Positions 59,277 through 64,000 of a DNA stretch of 64,000 nucleotides are shown piece by piece. The notes under the pieces are model-generated. The model ran no database searches, was not told the DNA's origin, and saw only the letters and a list, made by a program, of their open reading frames with translations. Source of the DNA: a virus (Duplodnaviria; Caudoviricetes). A program made the translations under genes and the position numbers. Numbering within the stretch: the stretch's first letter is position 1; every line of letters begins with the position of its first letter. The stretch lies in IMG/VR virus record IMGVR_UViG_3300028197_000002. One strand, 5' to 3'.

Positions 59277-59515
59277 TGGCTGGAGAAGCAGAAAATGTAA
59301 ACTTTTCTTTGGGTGATATGCAAAGTGGCAATCAAAAAAGAACAAAAAGACAACTTAACCCATTAGAAGATATTAGTCTTCAACAGTTTTCGGATTGGTT
59401 GCACACGCAAAGACTTTCTAAGGATCAAAAACTAAAAGCCATTGAATCTGCTAAAAAAATGCCTACGGGATCTTTAGGTTTTTTGAAGCAAAATTTAATG
59501 AAATTTGTAAAATGA
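59273..59515 (+). CDS. Hypothetical protein
   Basis: 80-aa coupled ORF. Confidence 0.6.
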   Translation: MMAGEAENVNFSLGDMQSGNQKRTKRQLNPLEDISLQQFSDWLHTQRLSKDQKLKAIESAKKMPTGSLGFLKQNLMKFVK

Positions 59516-60021
59516 CAAGTAAACATGATATAAGTTACATTTCTAGAGATCCTTGGTCTGAATCTGGCGATGATGCGTCTAAAGTCGAAGTGCGTGTAAA
59601 GCCAGATAGGTGTGCGGCCAAAGATTATCATTTGCCTTCTTTTCATAAAGTTGAAACAAATATAAATGCAGATTCAGAAAAGTACATTCCAATTTACGGC
59701 TCAAGTTCAACAGAAGCTGACGTATTTGCTAATTTAGAAAAAGAAATATTAATTGGAAGTTCTTCTTGTTTGGTGTTTGATTGCGGTTTTAGTTTAGATG
59801 TTCCAACTGGATTTAGAATTAAAATTGATTCTAATATAAATTTAAAAAACAAAGGTGTTCTAGCCAATCATTTTTTAGATGAATCTTGCTATAATAATAA
59901 AAGCATTAGGATGAAAGTCTCTTTAATGAATGTTTCTAAAGAGCCTGTAGTAATACGCAAGGATGATAAAATAGCAATAATCTCCATAGAGCCTGTCTAC
60001 ATTTTTGATTGGAATAATTAA
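59512..60021 (+). CDS. dUTPase-fold protein, catalytic motifs degenerate
   Basis: Spacing of the trimeric dUTPase kept (DVPTGF.IKI, V.LMN, IRKDDKIA) but motifs 2, 3 and 5 lost. Confidence 0.65.
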   Translation: MTSKHDISYISRDPWSESGDDASKVEVRVKPDRCAAKDYHLPSFHKVETNINADSEKYIPIYGSSSTEADVFANLEKEILIGSSSCLVFDCGFSLDVPTGFRIKIDSNINLKNKGVLANHFLDESCYNNKSIRMKVSLMNVSKEPVVIRKDDKIAIISIEPVYIFDWNN

Positions 60022-60036
60022 AGAGGAATTTAATTC

Positions 60037-60270
60037 ATGAAAGTATTTGCAGTTATAACGGTGGCGAGACAAGTAGATGGAGAGTATATTTTTATAAAAA
60101 CAGAAAAAGCATTTAAATCTGCTCAAAAGGCAGATGAATGTCTTAAAAAAATAAAGAGCAATACAGTGACTCCAGATGGAAAATGGAAGCCTCAAAAGAT
60201 TGAAACAGAAAATGGCGAAGCAATATGCCAATGTGAAGTTGGTGTTTTTGAATTAGATTTAGAAGATTAA
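60037..60270 (+). CDS. Hypothetical protein
   Basis: 77-aa ORF, SD GAGG. Confidence 0.65.
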   Translation: MKVFAVITVARQVDGEYIFIKTEKAFKSAQKADECLKKIKSNTVTPDGKWKPQKIETENGEAICQCEVGVFELDLED

Positions 60271-60272
60271 TG

Positions 60273-60300
60273 TTGACAATAATTTAAAATTTGTTCTAAT
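60273..60300 (+). promoter_or_regulatory. Sigma70-like promoter
   Basis: TTGACA-N16-TCTAAT. Confidence 0.4.
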
Positions 60301-60324
60301 TTAGAACTTAAAGAGGAAAAAAAT

Positions 60325-61056
60325 ATGGTTGATATCCCGCACAATCCGTTAGAAGGCGACAAGCCGGAATTAAATTTATCTTTGCAAAGTAATAGCGAAG
60401 AGCAAATATCAATAGTTATAGTTCACAAAGACAGGCCAGAATATCTGAATATTTGCCTTCAGTCTATAGCTGTTACTAGTGTGAATAATAACTATGAGAT
60501 TATCGTCGTAGATAATGATTCGGGACAAGATTCTCAAGATTTCTTAGACGAAATAAAAGATGAAGTTACTGTTGTTAAAAACGATAAGAATTTGTTCTGG
60601 GCAGAAGCCGCTAACAAGGGTGCGGAAAAAGCAGATAAAGATTCAAAATACATAGTTTTCATGCATTGTGATGTTGTCATAACAAATCCCGCTTGGTTAG
60701 ATTTGCTTGTTAATGTTTCTGAGTCCTCTGATTCTGGATTGGTAGGCTTGGAGCTTCAGTCATATTTCTTGCAAAGTCAAAAAGTAGATTTTGTTCAAGA
60801 ATGGCTCATGTTAACAACAAGAGATTGTTGGGAAAAAGTTGGTCCTTTCAATAAAAAGCTACCTCAAATCGGCGCTCCTTTTGTTTTTACATTAGATGCT
60901 CAATCGCAAGGTTTTAAGCCTCAAGTTATGAAAAACATTATAGCTCACCACTATAGAATATTTGCTTTAGATATTAATGAGTATGAAAGATTAATAGAAA
61001 AAGCAATGGCAACAATTCCAGAAGTTATGAGAGAAAGGCAAAGTGCCTCAGTATGA
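60325..61056 (+). CDS. Glycosyltransferase family 2
   Basis: SIVIVHKD..YL..CLQSI, YEIIVVDNDS, N..GA, FMHCDV. Confidence 0.88.
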   Translation: MVDIPHNPLEGDKPELNLSLQSNSEEQISIVIVHKDRPEYLNICLQSIAVTSVNNNYEIIVVDNDSGQDSQDFLDEIKDEVTVVKNDKNLFWAEAANKGAEKADKDSKYIVFMHCDVVITNPAWLDLLVNVSESSDSGLVGLELQSYFLQSQKVDFVQEWLMLTTRDCWEKVGPFNKKLPQIGAPFVFTLDAQSQGFKPQVMKNIIAHHYRIFALDINEYERLIEKAMATIPEVMRERQSASV

Positions 61057-61550
61057 AAAAATCAAAAATAAAAACAAATATAAAAGGTGTTGTTTTTTTT
61101 GAACTAGAGAGTTTTGATGATGGTAGAGGATCTCTTACGGAACTTTTTAGGCATGATTGTTTAGATAATCACAACTTCCCAGTTATGGCTTATTTAAGTG
61201 AAACAAAGCCAAATGTTTCCAGAGGTCCTCATGAGCATGAAGACCAATCAGATTTATTTTTTTTCGCAGGACCAGCAGATTTCAAATTGGTTCTTTGGGA
61301 AAAAAGTCAACAGTTTGTTGATTTGGGATGTGAAACGCAAGGATTGTACAGGGAAGAGCATATTGTGGGTGTGAGTAACCCTACAGGAGTTATCGTTCCT
61401 CCCGGAGTTATACATGGATATAAAAACATATCAGATGTTTCCGGCTTAGTTATAAATGCTCCAAATAAACTATACGCAGGTCCCGGAAAATTATACGAGG
61501 TGGACGAAATAAGGCATGAAGATGAAAAAAACACAGATCTTATTATTTAA
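61053..61550 (+). CDS. rmlC: dTDP-4-dehydrorhamnose 3,5-epimerase (RmlC-like cupin)
   Basis: DGRGSLTELFR, SRGPHEHEDQ, VPPGVIHGY. Confidence 0.85.
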   Translation: MKKSKIKTNIKGVVFFELESFDDGRGSLTELFRHDCLDNHNFPVMAYLSETKPNVSRGPHEHEDQSDLFFFAGPADFKLVLWEKSQQFVDLGCETQGLYREEHIVGVSNPTGVIVPPGVIHGYKNISDVSGLVINAPNKLYAGPGKLYEVDEIRHEDEKNTDLII

Positions 61551-62499
61551 TATTTTTATTTATTTGGTTTTGACAAATCTTGTTTTGTCTCAAGAAAAAA
61601 CAGGATTTGCCATAGATCCAAGTGCAAATAACATTGCGGTTCTTTTCACTATGACGGACGAAAGTGGAAGAACGCGTAATTTAGATTTGATAGAATCAGT
61701 TTTTAAAGATGGAGCTTTAGGTTTTAAGGCTCAAAGATATCATAACGTTTCTTCTCCTTTTATTTATAATAAGCTAACAGAGATTTCTGAAAAATTAGAC
61801 GACAATGCTACCTTGCTCTGTTATTTTAACAGTCATGGAGGAGGAAGCGGTAATAGATTTATAATGAGTGCTAAAGGTGGAAATTTTAAATTTAGCAAAG
61901 CTTTGGATGCTATTAAGAAAGGCAAGAAAGTTAAGAGATTAGTTTTTCTAGTAGACACTTGTCATGCCGAAGGCAGCATTCAAGATTCTACTGGTCAAGA
62001 TGGTGAATTATTAAAAAATTTAAGAGATGCAACCCCTACTGAGTTTCTTCCAGAGTTGCCTGACACTTATGACTCAAAGGACTTGCCTTTCACTGCAAGT
62101 TTTATTGAAAGCCGACTTGAAAAAAGAGGTTATAAAACTTATAGAGTTACAAATAGAGTTATTGACTACGGTCAGGAAAGTGGGGCTTATGATGAAATAT
62201 TAATTATTAGTTCTTCGAGTGTTGAGAAGGTTTCGTACAGAGGAGTTTTTGCTTCTCGTTTAAATTCTACTTTCCAGAAAGTAAAAGAAGATAATGAAGT
62301 GACAGTAAATCAATTTTTAAAGAAGTTCGCGGATAGCCATTCTAAGAGTGGACAACAACCGCACTACAAACTTCTTCCTGACAAGACGATGCTTGAAGAA
62401 CCTTTATTTGGTCCTTGGCTCGCGCAGGTTTTGCCAATCATGGAAAATGGCAAAAGAAAAGAATTAGGGTATAATTTCATACCAATGCCAAGTAAATAA
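61516..62499 (+). CDS. Caspase-like (clan CD) cysteine peptidase with N-terminal signal peptide
   Basis: YFNSHGGG (His) and LVDTCHAEG (Cys); IISSS..SY..G.F; hydrophobic N-terminus. Confidence 0.75.
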   Translation: MKMKKTQILLFNIFIYLVLTNLVLSQEKTGFAIDPSANNIAVLFTMTDESGRTRNLDLIESVFKDGALGFKAQRYHNVSSPFIYNKLTEISEKLDDNATLLCYFNSHGGGSGNRFIMSAKGGNFKFSKALDAIKKGKKVKRLVFLVDTCHAEGSIQDSTGQDGELLKNLRDATPTEFLPELPDTYDSKDLPFTASFIESRLEKRGYKTYRVTNRVIDYGQESGAYDEILIISSSSVEKVSYRGVFASRLNSTFQKVKEDNEVTVNQFLKKFADSHSKSGQQPHYKLLPDKTMLEEPLFGPWLAQVLPIMENGKRKELGYNFIPMPSK

Positions 62500-62509
62500 A
62501 AGGCGATTA

Positions 62510-63127
62510 ATGTTCAATAATTTTGATATAGATTCTAGGCTTAGAATAAGCCCTAAATCTTTTCCTGATTTTTTTGCGGCTCCTGTAACTCTTTATGTGA
62601 ATGATTTTGATGAAGAATCAGTGGTTAAATTTAAAAAAGAAATGGAGTTGGCTCAGAACACAAATCAGGACATAATTCCTATAGTAATAGACTCTTATGG
62701 GGGGCATGTTTATAGTCTGCTTGCTATGATAGACATAATAGAACAATGTCCAGTTACAGTGGCAACTATAGGTCTAGGAAAAATGATGAGTTGTGGAAGT
62801 GTTTTATTGACTTGTGGTGATGAAGGATATCGCTTTGCAAGTCCAAACTCCACAGTCATGGTTCATGATGTTTCTTCTTGGACTTCAGGGAAAAATGAAG
62901 AAATTCAGTCTAGTGCTGCTCAAACAAACAAGTTGAATAAAAAGATTTTTGAAATCATGTCTGTTAATTGTGGTCATCATAAATCTTATTTTTTAGATAA
63001 GCTTTTTGAAAAGCATCATGCTGAGTGGTATCTTTCTTCAAAAGAAGCCAAGAGAGAAAATATTATACAATATATAAAAACTCCTTCATTTAACATAAGC
63101 ATTAATGTGAACGTGGATTTTAGTTAA
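62510..63127 (+). CDS. clpP: ClpP-like protease subunit 2
   Basis: IDSYGG, GKMMSCG (Ser), MVHD (His), EWYLSSKEA. Confidence 0.85.
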   Translation: MFNNFDIDSRLRISPKSFPDFFAAPVTLYVNDFDEESVVKFKKEMELAQNTNQDIIPIVIDSYGGHVYSLLAMIDIIEQCPVTVATIGLGKMMSCGSVLLTCGDEGYRFASPNSTVMVHDVSSWTSGKNEEIQSSAAQTNKLNKKIFEIMSVNCGHHKSYFLDKLFEKHHAEWYLSSKEAKRENIIQYIKTPSFNISINVNVDFS

Positions 63128-63555
63128 TTTATTTTTTCTAAAAAATTAATTAATTTTTTATTTTTATATGTTTCAAGTTTGTTCTTAGCATATTTATTTG
63201 CATAAAATTGACAAAATAATTCTACCTGATTTTCTTTTTTATTTTTGTTATCTTTTGTTAATTTTAACCAAACGTCTATCTTATCATTAGGCAGTTTGTT
63301 CCAAACTAGATGCCCTATTTCATGAAGCAAAGCATATTCTCGGCTATAGTTCCAAGGCGCAGATATCTTTATTAACTTTTTATTTTCATCATAAAATCCA
63401 ATATGCTTTGAATCATTTTTCAAAGTATTGTACGGTTCAAATTCGATTTTGAAATCAGCAACTAGTTTTTGATGGCTTTTTGGTATCTTTTCTAATGTTT
63501 TATTCACATCATTAGTGCTGTATTCGAAATTTTCTATAAAAAGTCTGAAATTCAT
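63124..63555 (-). CDS. Zinc metallopeptidase-like protein (HExxH)
   Basis: Reads on the minus strand (track label wrong); LLHEIGH plus downstream ELFC; ATAAATA twice upstream. Confidence 0.75.
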   Translation of the reverse strand: MNFRLFIENFEYSTNDVNKTLEKIPKSHQKLVADFKIEFEPYNTLKNDSKHIGFYDENKKLIKISAPWNYSREYALLHEIGHLVWNKLPNDKIDVWLKLTKDNKNKKENQVELFCQFYANKYAKNKLETYKNKKLINFLEKIN

Positions 63556-63642
63556 AAAATTAACTCTTGATTATTTATTTTATTTATGTTCTTAGAAACA
63601 ATAAATAAAATAAAACCTTTTTCAAGTTTAATTGGGAGATTA

Positions 63643-64000
63643 ATGACTAGAACTAGAAAAAAAAGACAAGCTTCGTCAAAAGCGTCTGAAACAAAAACCA
63701 CAAAAACTACTTCTATTAAAAGAAGAAGAAATTTACTTAAGCCTAAGACCAAAAATCAAGAAGATGTGATTTATGCTTTAGCAGAAAATACTGTAACTCT
63801 TGCGATGGGTCCTGCTGGAACTGGCAAGACAAAAATAGCAGTAGCATATGGTGTTGAAAAATTATTGGATGGAGACTTTAAAAGGCTGGTCATAACCAGA
63901 CCTGTAGTAGAAGCAGGAGAGAATTTAGGTTTCCTTCCGGGTTCGTTTGAAGAAAAGATAGATCCTTATTTGCAGCCTATATATTACGAGCTTTCCCATT
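63643..64000 (+). CDS. phoH: PhoH family ATPase (partial, runs off window; not in track)
   Basis: PKTKNQ, AMGPAGTGKT, ITRPVVEAGENLGFLPGSFEEKIDPYLQP. Confidence 0.93.
   Translation, partial: MTRTRKKRQASSKASETKTTKTTSIKRRRNLLKPKTKNQEDVIYALAENTVTLAMGPAGTGKTKIAVAYGVEKLLDGDFKRLVITRPVVEAGENLGFLPGSFEEKIDPYLQPIYYELSH

Noticed and set aside
63552-63752. 66-aa hydrophobic minus-strand ORF
   Set aside because: Antisense to the start of phoH

Overview
AT-rich, gene-dense 64-kb segment of a large (jumbo/huge) T4-superfamily-like dsDNA phage. No rRNA, tRNA, CRISPR array or transposon was seen, and standard code 11 covers nearly the whole window. Replication, recombination and repair genes: gp41/DnaB-like helicase, UvsY-like, gp32-like SSB, UvsX/RecA, Ogg-type glycosylase, Hel308/Ski2 helicase, and a family-C DnaE polymerase split into two genes 3.5 kb apart. 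Nucleotide metabolism: dNMP kinase, ThyA, DHFR, dCMP deaminase, degenerate dUTPase. Translation hijack genes: bS21, IF3, peptide deformylase. Proteostasis: a complete PrkA(YeaG)-YeaH-SpoVR operon followed by ClpP, a second ClpP, AAA+, DnaJ, GroES-like, and a signal-peptide-bearing caspase-like protease. Sugar/surface genes: HldE, RmlC, RpiB, GT2/GT9-like proteins and sulfotransferases. Also a four-gene tail-fibre/adhesin cassette, IscA and PhoH. The most interesting signals are (1) the DnaE split that runs through the active site and carries a partial duplication, (2) about 10 scattered ORFs with T4 capsid-targeting-sequence-like N-termini, one with a cryptic signal peptide and one with HExxH, (3) apparently leaderless genes plus an orphan perfect Shine-Dalgarno hairpin in a phage encoding bS21/IF3, and (4) the phage-borne PrkA-YeaH-SpoVR-ClpP block. 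Four ORFs marked + in the supplied track (15889, 17394, 33730, 63124) are actually on the minus strand, and several small ORFs plus PhoH were missing from it. All family calls are by motif recognition, not database search.
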